Source of the DNA: a virus
Strand: one strand, 5' to 3'
DNA length: 64,000 nucleotides
IMG/VR virus record: IMGVR_UViG_3300042330_000433
Location: 1-64,000 of that record
The notes under the pieces were generated by a model. The model was not told the origin of the DNA. It saw nothing but the letters and a program-made list of their open reading frames with translations, and made no database searches. Positions 8,328 through 18,597 of this stretch are shown here, one piece after another; positions within the stretch are counted from its first letter, which is position 1; every line of letters starts with the position of its first letter. The translations under genes were made by a program, and so were the position numbers.

Positions 8328-10564
8328 ACAGGTATCAAACAAAGATAACACCTGAACTAAAAGAAAAGTTACCTAAAGAAGTATATGAAAATTTAATTGA
8401 ATATACATCAACTATTAAGTTTATTAAAAATTTAATAGCACCTGAACATATAAGAGGATTTGCTAAAGATAAACCTAAATCAGATTTATATGATGATGGT
8501 AGAATCCATGTAGATATAACTAATCCTCATATATTAGAGGATATGGATTATTTTAGACAACCTGCTATATTTTTTGAAAAGAATGGTAAGTATACTAATA
8601 TACCACCAAACAGTAATCCTAAATCTGAATATGCTGAATATTGGAAAGAAGAATTACGTAAATGGAAATATGGTATGGTACGTGAATCAGATGGTGAATG
8701 GATTCCTGGAGAGTTATATTTCTATTGGAATTATTCACCTATATGGTTAGTACAAACTATAGCAGTTAGTGGTGCAGGTGAAAGATCTCAAGGTGAACGT
8801 GTTAAGAAATTTGCTAAACCATGGTTAGGTGATTATTTATATTTTCATTATACAGCTAGAGCTAAACGTTTAGGTAAACATGGTAAAGTTCTTAAAACAA
8901 GGGGTATTGGATTTAGTTTTAAAAATGCATCTGAGTCACCTAGAAATATGTATGTGTTTCCAGGTTCAGGTAATCCTAATTTTCATTTAGCATCTGATAA
9001 AGGATTCTTATCTGGAGATAAAGGAATATGGGGTAAAGTACTAGATACTTTAGACTGGATTGCAGAACATACACCATTACCTCGTATGAGAACAATTGAT
9101 GCTACTAAAGAGATGAATATCCAGTTAGGATATAAAGATGAATACGGCTCACGTAAGGGCTTATTATCTTCAGTCTTTGGTATATCATTAAAAGATAATC
9201 CTGATAAAGCTAGGGGTATTAGAGGACCTTTAATTCACTATGAAGAAGATGGTTTGTTTCCTAACTTAGAAAAAGCATGGAACGTTAATAGAAAAGCTGT
9301 GGAAGATGGTGGTGTATCATTTGGATTTATGTTGGCAGGTGGAACAGGTGGTGTTGAAGGAGCTTCATTTGCAGGTTCTGAAAAACTATTTTATAAACCT
9401 GGAGCATATAACATATATGGTATACCTAATATATTTGATAAAGGAGCTAGTGGTGAAAATGAATGTGGTTTCTTTTGGGGAGCGTATTTAAATAGAAATG
9501 AATGTTATGATGAATCATGTGGTGAACCAGATGTTATTAAATCTTTAATAGAAATATTATTAGATAGGCACGAAGTTAAATACAATTCATCTGATGCAAG
9601 AGCTATTACTCAAAAGAAAGCTGAGGAACCTATTACACCTCAAGAAGCTATTATGCGTACTGAAGGTACAGTGTTTCCTGTAGCTGATATAAAAGATTAC
9701 TTAGAAAGTATTGGTCCTAAAAAAGAATCATTTCTTGCAGAACATTATGTTGGAGATATAGTTTATGACAATGCTGGTAATACTAAATGGGAAATGACAA
9801 CTGATAAATATCCACTTAGAGCTTATGATAGTTCTGATACAGATAGAACAGGTTGTTTAGAGATATTTGAAATGCCTAAAAAGAATGCTAATGGTGAAAT
9901 TGCTAGAGGAAGATACATATTTGGTATTGACCCTATTGATGCAGATACAGGAACTTCGTTATTTAGTATAATTGGTATGGATACTTTTACTGACAGAATA
10001 GTTTGTGAGTATACAGGTAGACCTAGATTAGCTAATGATGCTTATGAAACTGCATTACGTATACTAAAATTTTATAATGGTGAAGCTAACTATGAATCTA
10101 ACTTAAAAGGATTATTTAGTTATTTTGATGCTAGAAATTGTTTACATTATTTATGTGATGTACCACAGATATTAAAAGATATGGAATTAGTTAAAGCAAC
10201 TAATTTATATGGTAATAAAGCTAAAGGTACTCATGCTAATAAAGAAATAAATAAATGGGGTAGATTACTTCAAGCACAATATATGTTAACTCAATATAAT
10301 GAAAATGATGAAGAAGATAATAGCTTAAAACTACATCATATTAGAAGTATTCCTTATTTAGAAGAATGTATAGCTTGGAATAGTGATGGTAACTTTGATA
10401 GGGTTTCTGCCGCAGGTATGTTATTTTTATTAAGAGAAGATAGAGTTAAAAGAACTAACTCTATGATAGCTAATCAAAATAATAAAATTAAACAAGCTTC
10501 ACAAGATTCTTTTTTTGAAAAAAATTGGAATAATAATAAACTTAATAACAACTCAATGTACTAA
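8318..10564 (+). CDS. terL: terminase large subunit
   Basis: LKTRGIGFS Walker A-like, YEEDG Walker B, GIDPID and GNFDRVSA RNase H-like nuclease motifs. Confidence 0.95.
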   Translation: MELNRYQTKITPELKEKLPKEVYENLIEYTSTIKFIKNLIAPEHIRGFAKDKPKSDLYDDGRIHVDITNPHILEDMDYFRQPAIFFEKNGKYTNIPPNSNPKSEYAEYWKEELRKWKYGMVRESDGEWIPGELYFYWNYSPIWLVQTIAVSGAGERSQGERVKKFAKPWLGDYLYFHYTARAKRLGKHGKVLKTRGIGFSFKNASESPRNMYVFPGSGNPNFHLASDKGFLSGDKGIWGKVLDTLDWIAEHTPLPRMRTIDATKEMNIQLGYKDEYGSRKGLLSSVFGISLKDNPDKARGIRGPLIHYEEDGLFPNLEKAWNVNRKAVEDGGVSFGFMLAGGTGGVEGASFAGSEKLFYKPGAYNIYGIPNIFDKGASGENECGFFWGAYLNRNECYDESCGEPDVIKSLIEILLDRHEVKYNSSDARAITQKKAEEPITPQEAIMRTEGTVFPVADIKDYLESIGPKKESFLAEHYVGDIVYDNAGNTKWEMTTDKYPLRAYDSSDTDRTGCLEIFEMPKKNANGEIARGRYIFGIDPIDADTGTSLFSIIGMDTFTDRIVCEYTGRPRLANDAYETALRILKFYNGEANYESNLKGLFSYFDARNCLHYLCDVPQILKDMELVKATNLYGNKAKGTHANKEINKWGRLLQAQYMLTQYNENDEEDNSLKLHHIRSIPYLEECIAWNSDGNFDRVSAAGMLFLLREDRVKRTNSMIANQNNKIKQASQDSFFEKNWNNNKLNNNSMY

Positions 10565-10566
10565 AT

Positions 10567-10583
10567 TAGCTATTAGTAAATAA
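10567..10583 (+). promoter_or_regulatory. 17-bp upstream box, copy 2
   Basis: TAGCTATTAGTAAATAA, 28 bp before TTTG at 10612. Confidence 0.8.
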
Positions 10584-10611
10584 AAAAAATTGTGTTATTT
10601 CTTATAAATTA

Positions 10612-10643
10612 TTTGGAATAACACAATTAATTTTGTATATTAG
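10612..10643 (+). promoter_or_regulatory. Bacteroidetes sigma promoter (portal)
   Basis: TTTG(10612)-N20-TATATTAG(10636). Confidence 0.75.
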
Positions 10644-10675
10644 TAAGTTATTAATAAATTTAATATAAATTATAT

Positions 10676-13078
10676 ATGCCAACACCAAGAATAAATAGTA
10701 TTATAATGCCTAGACAGCGTTTGAAATACAGCCAAAAAAATAAAGAATGGCGAAAAGATAATGTGGATCATGCAGATAAACATTCATTCTATAATAATGA
10801 GTATGTTAGGAAAAGTCTTCAAAACAAAGTTATAAATTTAAATTTATATAATGGTATTGTAGATATTAGAGATTTAACAAACGTAGTAAATCCACATCAA
10901 GTAGATGCTTCATTTGTACCTAACAATATTCCACATCACCCTATAATGGTACCAAAGATTGATTTGTTGGTAGGAGAAGAAATTAAACGTAGATTTGATT
11001 GGTCTGTAATTGTTACCAATGCTGATGCTATTAGTAAAAAAGAAGAAGATAAAAAAGCTTTTCTTCAACAAAAACTTACTGAATTTTTAGAGGCTAATTA
11101 TAAAGAAGATGAATTAAAAGTTAAAATGGATGAACTTGCTAAACATATGAAATATAGTTGGCAAGACATTCGTGAAAAAATGGCTAATCAAATTCTTAAA
11201 CATTATAGCCAAGAACAAAGATTTGATAGATTATTTAACGATGGATTTAAAGAAGCTTTAATTTTAGCTGAAGAAATTTATCAGTGTGATATTGTACATG
11301 ATGAACCATATTTAACTAAATTAAATCCACTAAAAGTACATAGTATTAGAAGTGGTAATTCAGATAGAATTGAAGATTCATCTATTATAATTATACAAGA
11401 TCACTGGAGTCCTAATAAAATTGTTGATGTTTATCACGATGAATTAAAACCTGAAGATATTGATTATATTATGGAATATACTCAAACATCATCTAAAGGC
11501 TCTTACTCCGATGATCAAAATAATCACGTTCTTTTACGTGATGCTTTGAACACTGGGGTTGAAGGAATGTATGATACAATCTTTAATTTAGCTGAAATTA
11601 ATGGTCACTTCTTTGGCTCTAACTTTACAGATGATACAGGTAATATACGTGTATTAAAAGTATTTTGGAAATCATTGAAACAAGTATACAAAGTTAAATA
11701 TTATGATGAATATGGAGAAGAACAATATAAAATTGCTTCTGAAGAATATATTCCTAATAAAGATTTAGGTGAAGAATTAACTTCTATGTGGGTTAATGAA
11801 TGGTGGGAAGGTGTTAAGATAGGTAAAGATGTTTATTTAAATATTAAACCTAGAAGAATACAATATAATAAAATTAATAATCCATCATTATGTCATCCAG
11901 GTATTATTGGACAAATATATAATACTACTCAATCTAAAGCAGTATCATTAGTTGATAGATGTAAAAACTATCAATATATGTATGATGTTATTTGGGATAG
12001 ACTTAATAAAGCTATATCTACTAATTATGGTAAAATATTTGAATTAGATTTAGCTAAAGTTCCTGAAAATTGGGAAATAGAAAAATGGTTACACTTTGCA
12101 GTAGTAAATAAGATTGCTGTAATAGATTCATTTAAAGAAGGTAATCAAGGTGCAGCAACTGGTAAATTAGCTGGTGGTTTTTCTGGACAAGGTGGTAGAG
12201 TTATGGATATGGAAACAGGTTCATATATTCAACAACATATCCAGTTACTTGAGTTTATTAAAATGGAAATGGGTGAGATTGCAGGAGTATCTGCACAACG
12301 TCAAGGACAAATTTCTAATAGAGAAACTGTTGGTGGTGTAGAAAGATCTGTTAATCAATCATCTCATATTACAGAGTATTGGTTTATGTTACATGAACAA
12401 TGTAAAATTAGAGTATTAGAATGTTTTCTAGAAACTGCTAAGATTGCACTAAAAGGTAATAATAAAAAAGTACAATATATATTAGATGATCAATCTATTG
12501 AAATTTTAAATTTAGATGCTGATGAATTTTGTGAAAATGATTATGGATTAGTATTAACTTCTAGTTCTAAAACACAAGAGTTAGAATCTATGATTAAACA
12601 AAATGCTCAAGCTTTCTTACAGAATGGTGGAAGTATGTCAACTATTATGGATATATATTTTAGTCCATCTTTATCAGATATGAGAAGAAGACTTGAAGAA
12701 GCTGAAGAACAAACACATCAAAGAAATTCTGAAGCATCTCAACAACAATCTAAAGATGCTCAAGCTGCAATGGCTCAAACAATGGAATTAGAAAATAGAA
12801 AATTAGAACTTGAAGATATAAAAAATCAAAGAGATAATGAAACTAAACGCTATATTGCTGAGTTATCAAATGAGTTAAATGGTGAAGAAGTTTCAGATGA
12901 TGGTATTGTTAATCCTTTAGATGAAGCAAAGTTTCAATTAGATAGTCAAAAAAGAAAAGATGATTATTTACTAAAAATAAAAGCTTTAGATCAAGACATG
13001 ATTAAACATAAAGATCAAATGGAGGCTAAAAAAATAGATCAAAGTATAAATAGAATAAAAAAGAAAAGTACGAATTAG
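10676..13078 (+). CDS. portal protein
   Basis: 800 aa after TerL; PKIDLLVGEE, EWWEGVKIG, GVSAQRQGQI and C-terminal coiled coil, typical of crAss-like portals. Confidence 0.9.
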   Translation: MPTPRINSIIMPRQRLKYSQKNKEWRKDNVDHADKHSFYNNEYVRKSLQNKVINLNLYNGIVDIRDLTNVVNPHQVDASFVPNNIPHHPIMVPKIDLLVGEEIKRRFDWSVIVTNADAISKKEEDKKAFLQQKLTEFLEANYKEDELKVKMDELAKHMKYSWQDIREKMANQILKHYSQEQRFDRLFNDGFKEALILAEEIYQCDIVHDEPYLTKLNPLKVHSIRSGNSDRIEDSSIIIIQDHWSPNKIVDVYHDELKPEDIDYIMEYTQTSSKGSYSDDQNNHVLLRDALNTGVEGMYDTIFNLAEINGHFFGSNFTDDTGNIRVLKVFWKSLKQVYKVKYYDEYGEEQYKIASEEYIPNKDLGEELTSMWVNEWWEGVKIGKDVYLNIKPRRIQYNKINNPSLCHPGIIGQIYNTTQSKAVSLVDRCKNYQYMYDVIWDRLNKAISTNYGKIFELDLAKVPENWEIEKWLHFAVVNKIAVIDSFKEGNQGAATGKLAGGFSGQGGRVMDMETGSYIQQHIQLLEFIKMEMGEIAGVSAQRQGQISNRETVGGVERSVNQSSHITEYWFMLHEQCKIRVLECFLETAKIALKGNNKKVQYILDDQSIEILNLDADEFCENDYGLVLTSSSKTQELESMIKQNAQAFLQNGGSMSTIMDIYFSPSLSDMRRRLEEAEEQTHQRNSEASQQQSKDAQAAMAQTMELENRKLELEDIKNQRDNETKRYIAELSNELNGEEVSDDGIVNPLDEAKFQLDSQKRKDDYLLKIKALDQDMIKHKDQMEAKKIDQSINRIKKKSTN

Positions 13079-13092
13079 CTATTAGCAAATAA
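13076..13092 (+). promoter_or_regulatory. 17-bp upstream box, copy 3
   Basis: TAGCTATTAGCAAATAA (its TAG is the portal stop), 28 bp before TTTG at 13121. Confidence 0.8.
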
Positions 13093-13120
13093 CAAAAAAT
13101 TGAATATTTTTTAATATTTA

Positions 13121-13152
13121 TTTGGAATTATTTATAAAATAGTTTATATTTG
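13121..13152 (+). promoter_or_regulatory. Bacteroidetes sigma promoter (scaffold/MCP)
   Basis: TTTG(13121)-N20-TATATTTG(13145). Confidence 0.85.
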
Positions 13153-13179
13153 CAAACTTTATATAACACGGGAGAAATT

Positions 13180-14256
13180 ATGGAAGAAAATGAAGATTTA
13201 ACATCAATCTTTAGTTCAGCAATGGATTTAAATTTTGATAGTACATATTTTGAATCTGATGAAGATCAAAATGATGAAAACAACAATGATGATTTGGATG
13301 AAGATCCAGAAAAAAATAAAGCTATTGAGGGTGAAGATCCAGAGGACGTAGATAGTGAAGAAGACGATAATAATGAAGGTGATGATTCAGGTGATGAATC
13401 TTCTCCCAACTTATATTCTTCCATCTCTAACGTTCTATTTGAACAAGGTCTATTACCTTCATTAGAGTCTTCTGAAAATATTAAAACAGTAGATGATTTT
13501 ACAAATGCTTTAAAAGTTGAAATTGACACTCAAGCTAAACTAAAAATTGAAGAGCATTTAAATAATTTAGATTTAGAAACAATTGCTACTTCTAAAAAGC
13601 AAATTCTAGATTTAGATAAAATTGATGAAGATTATTTAAAAGATAATCTTGAAGTTGCAAAAGATATTATTTTTAGAGATTATGTAAATCAAGGACTATC
13701 TGAAGATAGAGCTAAAAAAATGTTAAGAAAGACTATTGATTTAGGTGAAGACATTTTATTAGAAGATGCTTTAGAATCTAAAGAAAGTTTAAAAGCATTT
13801 GAAAATAAACAAATAGCTCTTGAATTACAACGAGTAGAGCAAAACAAAATTAATCAAGCTAGAGAACAAGAAAAAATTGATAATTCAATTAAACAATTTA
13901 TTTTTGAATCTAAAGAAGTAATTAAAGGAATACCTAATACTAAAGCAATTAGTGATAAAGTATTCAAGACAATGACTGAAGTTGTTAGTAAGAATCCTGA
14001 AACAGGTGAATTAGAAAACAAATTCATGAATGAAAGATCTAAAGACCCAATTCGATTTGATACAAAAATGTATTACTTATATGAATTAACAAATGGTTTT
14101 ACAGATTTAAGTAAAATAAAAACAACAGTTAAATCAAGTGCTACTAGAGATCTAGAAAAAGCATTAAGAAAAACTAAGTTTGAAGATAATGGACAACCAG
14201 GTTATTTAACAGATCCTAATAGTTACTCAGGTGGATTTGGAAGTGAGTTGGTTTAA
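13180..14256 (+). CDS. putative capsid scaffolding protein
   Basis: Very acidic N-terminus, coiled coil, between portal and MCP; the track's TTG start at 13150 lies inside the -7 box, so ATG 13180 is used. Confidence 0.75.
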   Translation: MEENEDLTSIFSSAMDLNFDSTYFESDEDQNDENNNDDLDEDPEKNKAIEGEDPEDVDSEEDDNNEGDDSGDESSPNLYSSISNVLFEQGLLPSLESSENIKTVDDFTNALKVEIDTQAKLKIEEHLNNLDLETIATSKKQILDLDKIDEDYLKDNLEVAKDIIFRDYVNQGLSEDRAKKMLRKTIDLGEDILLEDALESKESLKAFENKQIALELQRVEQNKINQAREQEKIDNSIKQFIFESKEVIKGIPNTKAISDKVFKTMTEVVSKNPETGELENKFMNERSKDPIRFDTKMYYLYELTNGFTDLSKIKTTVKSSATRDLEKALRKTKFEDNGQPGYLTDPNSYSGGFGSELV

Positions 14257-14297
14257 ATAAATGAATGACAAATAAAAACAATTAAAAATTAAATTAA

Positions 14298-15803
14298 ATG
14301 AGTTTAGGAAAGTATGTAATGACCAAAGGTAAAGCATGGTCAGGTTTAACACTAAAAAATCACATCGGTGCAATTTTTGGATTACAACCACAATTAGTTT
14401 CACCATTAACAACTGTGTTGTTACAAAGCTCTGGAATGAAAAATTTAGATACAACATTATCTATGTTCCCAGAAAAAGTTTTAAACAGTGCGGATGATTT
14501 TGTATGGAAAGTAGTAGGTAGTGATGAAAGAAATATACCACTTGTTGAAGCAAGATTTCAAGGCGCAGTAGTTACTTCAAGTACAACTGGTGTTGGTCAA
14601 GCTAGAACACAATTCCAAATGGTATTTGGAGAAAAATGGTTTACTAAAATGCATGTTATTGCAGGTCCTAGACCAGATGTATATCAAATTAGAATTTTAG
14701 AAGATGCTTTTGAAGAAGGATCATTGTATGTTTATAACTGTGAAGTATGGGGTGGTCAAGAATCACTTGCTGGTATTCCTGGAGATGAACTTGTAGGTGG
14801 AAATAGATTTAGTATTGAATCTGCATATTCTGAAGATGAACTTTCTATTCAAGGTGCTGGAATTCAATTTACTTCACCTTACTTAATGAGAAACTCAGTT
14901 TCTACATTACGTATGGAACATAAAGTTTCTGGTGCAATGATTGATTGTAAAGTAGAACCAGTTTATTTTGCTGGTATTGAAACAAGAGATCCTAACACAG
15001 GTAAAGTACATAAGTCTACAACTTGGATGCAAGAAGTTTACTGGCAGTTTGAAAAATCATTTTCACGAATTAAATCTCGTACAATCATGTTTGGTAAAAC
15101 AAACCGTGATGAAAATGGTGGATATTTAAACGTTGGTGCATCAGGTATCAAAATTAAAGCAGGTTCTGGTATTAGAGAACAAATGGAAGTTTCAAATACA
15201 ATTACGTATAACTTCTTCTCAATGCGTTTACTTGAAGATGCTCTTTCAGAATTATCAGAAGGTAAATTAGATTTCTCTGAACGTAAATTTATGTTACGTA
15301 CAGGTGAAAGAGGAGCTGCTCAATTTAATAGAGCTGCTACTGCTGCTGCTTCTGGTTGGAAATCATTATTTGATAATACCAATCAAAATGCAATCAATAA
15401 AGTACAATCTAAATTCCATGAAAATGCATTTAAAGGTGGATTCCAATTCACTGAATGGTTAGCACCTAATAACATTCATATTATGTTAGAGGTAGATCCA
15501 GCTTATGATGATAAAGTTCGTAACAAAATTTTACATCCAGATGGTGGAGTTGCTGAATCTTACAGATATGATATTCTTTACATTGGTTCAATGGAAGAGC
15601 CTAACATCCAAAAAATCAAAGTTAAAGGCGATGATGAATTGAGAGGTTATATGGCAGGTATTAGAGATCCATTTTCTGGACGTAGAGGTGGAATCATGCA
15701 ATTAATGGAAGATAGTGCTACTATGACAGCTATGTGTGGTACAGGAGCGATGGTTAAAGATCCTTCTAGAACACTAACTTTCAAACCAGCATTGTTAGAT
15801 TAA
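14298..15803 (+). CDS. major capsid protein
   Basis: 501 aa, position after scaffold, GSGIREQ and LRTGERG motifs, followed by a terminator. Confidence 0.9.
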   Translation: MSLGKYVMTKGKAWSGLTLKNHIGAIFGLQPQLVSPLTTVLLQSSGMKNLDTTLSMFPEKVLNSADDFVWKVVGSDERNIPLVEARFQGAVVTSSTTGVGQARTQFQMVFGEKWFTKMHVIAGPRPDVYQIRILEDAFEEGSLYVYNCEVWGGQESLAGIPGDELVGGNRFSIESAYSEDELSIQGAGIQFTSPYLMRNSVSTLRMEHKVSGAMIDCKVEPVYFAGIETRDPNTGKVHKSTTWMQEVYWQFEKSFSRIKSRTIMFGKTNRDENGGYLNVGASGIKIKAGSGIREQMEVSNTITYNFFSMRLLEDALSELSEGKLDFSERKFMLRTGERGAAQFNRAATAAASGWKSLFDNTNQNAINKVQSKFHENAFKGGFQFTEWLAPNNIHIMLEVDPAYDDKVRNKILHPDGGVAESYRYDILYIGSMEEPNIQKIKVKGDDELRGYMAGIRDPFSGRRGGIMQLMEDSATMTAMCGTGAMVKDPSRTLTFKPALLD

Positions 15804-15818
15804 TTATATTAAGGCTTT

Positions 15819-15850
15819 TAAAGGTTGTGCCACAACAACCTTTATTTTTA
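15819..15850 (+). terminator. intrinsic terminator after MCP
   Basis: TAAAGGTTGT-gccaca-ACAACCTTTA followed by a T run. Confidence 0.8.
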
Positions 15851-15876
15851 TAAACTAATAAGAAGAATAAAATACA

Positions 15877-16734
15877 ATGGGAGAAGTATTAGAAAATAAA
15901 TTTACATTACCAAATGAAACAGTAATTGTAAAATATATTAAAAGAAAAAAAGGAATGGCTTCGGGTGGTCACATTGGTGAAGATCACGTTATTGCAGGGG
16001 GAATGTTAAGTGGTTCTGTTAAGAAATATTCAACGCCTCGTTTAAGAAATGGTGGTTTAGCAAATGTATTAACTAAAGATGAAAAAGATTATCTTGAAAA
16101 TGCAACAGGTTTAAAACTTTCAATTTATGAAGACTTTTGGAAAGAACATCAAGTTTCTTTATTTAAAGATGATAATAAATTGGATCTTAGTAATCCTTTA
16201 GATTACATTTCATATAAAATATTATCATGTTTAAAAGATGATATTTGTTTAAATTGGAATGAAAGAACTCAGAAACAAAGTTATGATTTTGTTATTGTAA
16301 AAGGTGATGAAGAATTTAATGATAAAAAAGTTAAATTTGATGATAAAAAAGAAGCTTTTAAACTGTATGGTAAAATTGAAGATGATAGAGATAAATTGTT
16401 AGGTATATTAAAACTTTTAAGTAACCAAGCAATTTCACCTGATACTCCATTAAACTGGATACAAGGTAAAGTTGAAGAATTCATTGATAGTAAACCAAAA
16501 GCATTTGTTGAATTAATTAAAGATAAACAAATTGAAACTAAATTATTAGTTAAGAATGCAGAAGATAAAGGTGTTATCCTTAAAAAAGGTAATAAGTATT
16601 CTACTGTTGATGGTTTAGATTTATGTGAAAACAGTCAAATTCCAACTTTTGAAAATACAATTGCTTATTTAGATAATCCTAAACATCAAGATGTAAGGGA
16701 TATTATTGAAGCTAAACTTTTAAAACTAAAATAA
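15877..16734 (+). CDS. conserved crAss-like protein following MCP
   Basis: LDLSNPLDYISYKIL motif and synteny. Confidence 0.7.
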   Translation: MGEVLENKFTLPNETVIVKYIKRKKGMASGGHIGEDHVIAGGMLSGSVKKYSTPRLRNGGLANVLTKDEKDYLENATGLKLSIYEDFWKEHQVSLFKDDNKLDLSNPLDYISYKILSCLKDDICLNWNERTQKQSYDFVIVKGDEEFNDKKVKFDDKKEAFKLYGKIEDDRDKLLGILKLLSNQAISPDTPLNWIQGKVEEFIDSKPKAFVELIKDKQIETKLLVKNAEDKGVILKKGNKYSTVDGLDLCENSQIPTFENTIAYLDNPKHQDVRDIIEAKLLKLK

Positions 16735-16739
16735 TATAA

Positions 16740-17477
16740 ATGACCGTACAAGAATTTAGAAATGAATTTCAGATCCTCTATGATTCAATAGCAACACAGA
16801 GTGCTCCTAATATAGATGATTATGAATTATCTGTCTATCTTACTAAAGCACAATTAGAAATAGTTAAAAATTATTATGATCCTGCTAGTAATAAAAAACA
16901 GAAAGGTTTTGAAAATTCTGAAAAAAGACGGATTGATTTAAAAGAATTAATTAAAGATTTTGAAACCGATACTGTAATAACTACAGAATTAGGATTGACA
17001 AATGATTCTAAATTTTATAAAATTCCAGACGAAGTATTTTTAATTATATATGAGGCTGTAAAAAGTAAAGTTGGAAGTTGTAATAATTCTAGCAAATTAA
17101 ATGTAATACCTAAAACATACGATGAATTTAATGTTCAGTATGATAATCCATTCAAAAGACCAAATGATTCTAAAGTATGGAGATTAGATATTTCTAAAAT
17201 AGGTGTTGATAAAGTGGTTGAATTAATTACTCCTTATGAAATTGAAGAGTATAAAATGAGATATATAAAATATCCTAAACCAATCATTGTATCAAATTTA
17301 GCAACTACTTTCCCTGGGGAAGGTTTAACCATAGATGGTATTTCTACTTTAACTCAATGTGAATTAGATCAAGAAATACATCGTGAAATATTAGATAGAG
17401 CTGTTGAATTAGCACTAAGAGATTATAAACCATCTAACTTAGAATCAAAAATTCTGTTAGATAATAGAAATGAATAA
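16740..17477 (+). CDS. tail ring/adaptor protein
   Basis: EISVYLTKAQ-like, YIKYPKPI and CELDQEIHREILDRAV motifs. Confidence 0.7.
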   Translation: MTVQEFRNEFQILYDSIATQSAPNIDDYELSVYLTKAQLEIVKNYYDPASNKKQKGFENSEKRRIDLKELIKDFETDTVITTELGLTNDSKFYKIPDEVFLIIYEAVKSKVGSCNNSSKLNVIPKTYDEFNVQYDNPFKRPNDSKVWRLDISKIGVDKVVELITPYEIEEYKMRYIKYPKPIIVSNLATTFPGEGLTIDGISTLTQCELDQEIHREILDRAVELALRDYKPSNLESKILLDNRNE

Positions 17478-17503
17478 ATTAAAAATTAAAATTAAAATAA
17501 ATT

Positions 17504-18526
17504 ATGTACGGACCAAATCAGGTAGGTGAATTAATTATAGGTAACACTGCTGCTAGTGAAGCAACTATTCAAACATTTATTGCTACAGCTGCTGACAAGT
17601 CGCTAAAAGTATTAAGTGATAGTGGAGTTGCAGTTGCAGCAAATGTACCATTTAAATTACTTCAAAAAACAGCAGGTGATGCTGGAAAAGGATTAAACTA
17701 TGAATTTTCAGATGTTATCGATCCAAAATATGTTGATAAAGTAACATTAAAAGCATACGCTCCAGAAGTTCAAAAAACAGTAGCTGTTGTTGGATTTACA
17801 GGAAATGTATTACCTAATACTACTTATGCAGTAAGTATTAGATTATATAATGAAAGTGGCTCATTATCAACTGAAAACTTTGCAATTATTACAGGTTATT
17901 ATGCAACAGGTTCAAGTGTTGCAGGTATTACAGATGTAATCATTAGAGATGGAGTTTTAAACTCATTACGTAAAAATCTTATTCGTAGAGGAGATTTTGA
18001 ATTTGTAACTGCTACTACTGCAGGACCAGTTGGTTTTACAATTGCAGGTAAAGTTCAAAATTACAATCCTGGTAAAATTGATGGTAGAATGATTGAGTTT
18101 GATGTTACTCCAAAAACATATCAAACTTATCAAGACTTAGCACAACCACAACAAAACTTAAATTTGCTTACATCTAGTGTGACTGTTGTTCCATCTATTG
18201 GTTCAGGTACTGCTAAGCAAATAGCTAACTATGAATGGTTTGTTAAAGGAAATAAATATGAAGTTTATAGAACTACTGGTTATCCTGTAGATTTTAATAC
18301 TCCATATTATACAGATCGTAATGGAGTGTATAATGTTATTAACGTAATTTATTACAGTCCACGTAAAGAAACATCTGTTGAAAGACAATACAAAGTATTA
18401 ACTATTGCAGTTAATAAAGGTACAGATACATTAGCAAACAATGCTGCTACAAATACTATTCTAACAAGTATTAGAACAGCTGTTGGTACAAATGCAGTAG
18501 TTCCTGCTAACTTACCAGTAGCATAA
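17504..18526 (+). CDS. abundant structural protein (auxiliary capsid-like)
   Basis: A/T/V/G-rich, GSGTAKQIANYEWF, followed by a terminator. Confidence 0.65.
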   Translation: MYGPNQVGELIIGNTAASEATIQTFIATAADKSLKVLSDSGVAVAANVPFKLLQKTAGDAGKGLNYEFSDVIDPKYVDKVTLKAYAPEVQKTVAVVGFTGNVLPNTTYAVSIRLYNESGSLSTENFAIITGYYATGSSVAGITDVIIRDGVLNSLRKNLIRRGDFEFVTATTAGPVGFTIAGKVQNYNPGKIDGRMIEFDVTPKTYQTYQDLAQPQQNLNLLTSSVTVVPSIGSGTAKQIANYEWFVKGNKYEVYRTTGYPVDFNTPYYTDRNGVYNVINVIYYSPRKETSVERQYKVLTIAVNKGTDTLANNAATNTILTSIRTAVGTNAVVPANLPVA

Positions 18527-18546
18527 TATTAAAATAAAATTAACCC

Positions 18547-18583
18547 AAAAGAGGACGAGGATTTTTCCTTTTCCTCTTTTTTT
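18547..18583 (+). terminator. intrinsic terminator
   Basis: AAAAGAGGA...TCCTCTTTT followed by T run. Confidence 0.75.
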
Positions 18584-18597
18584 ATATCAAAAAATAA

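Noticed and set aside
13150-13179. TTG start of the scaffold ORF given in the track
   Set aside because: It lies within the promoter -7 box; ATG at 13180 is the plausible start.
8318-15803. Introns or inteins in terminase, portal or MCP
   Set aside because: ORFs are continuous, of ordinary length, and lack intein splice motifs.
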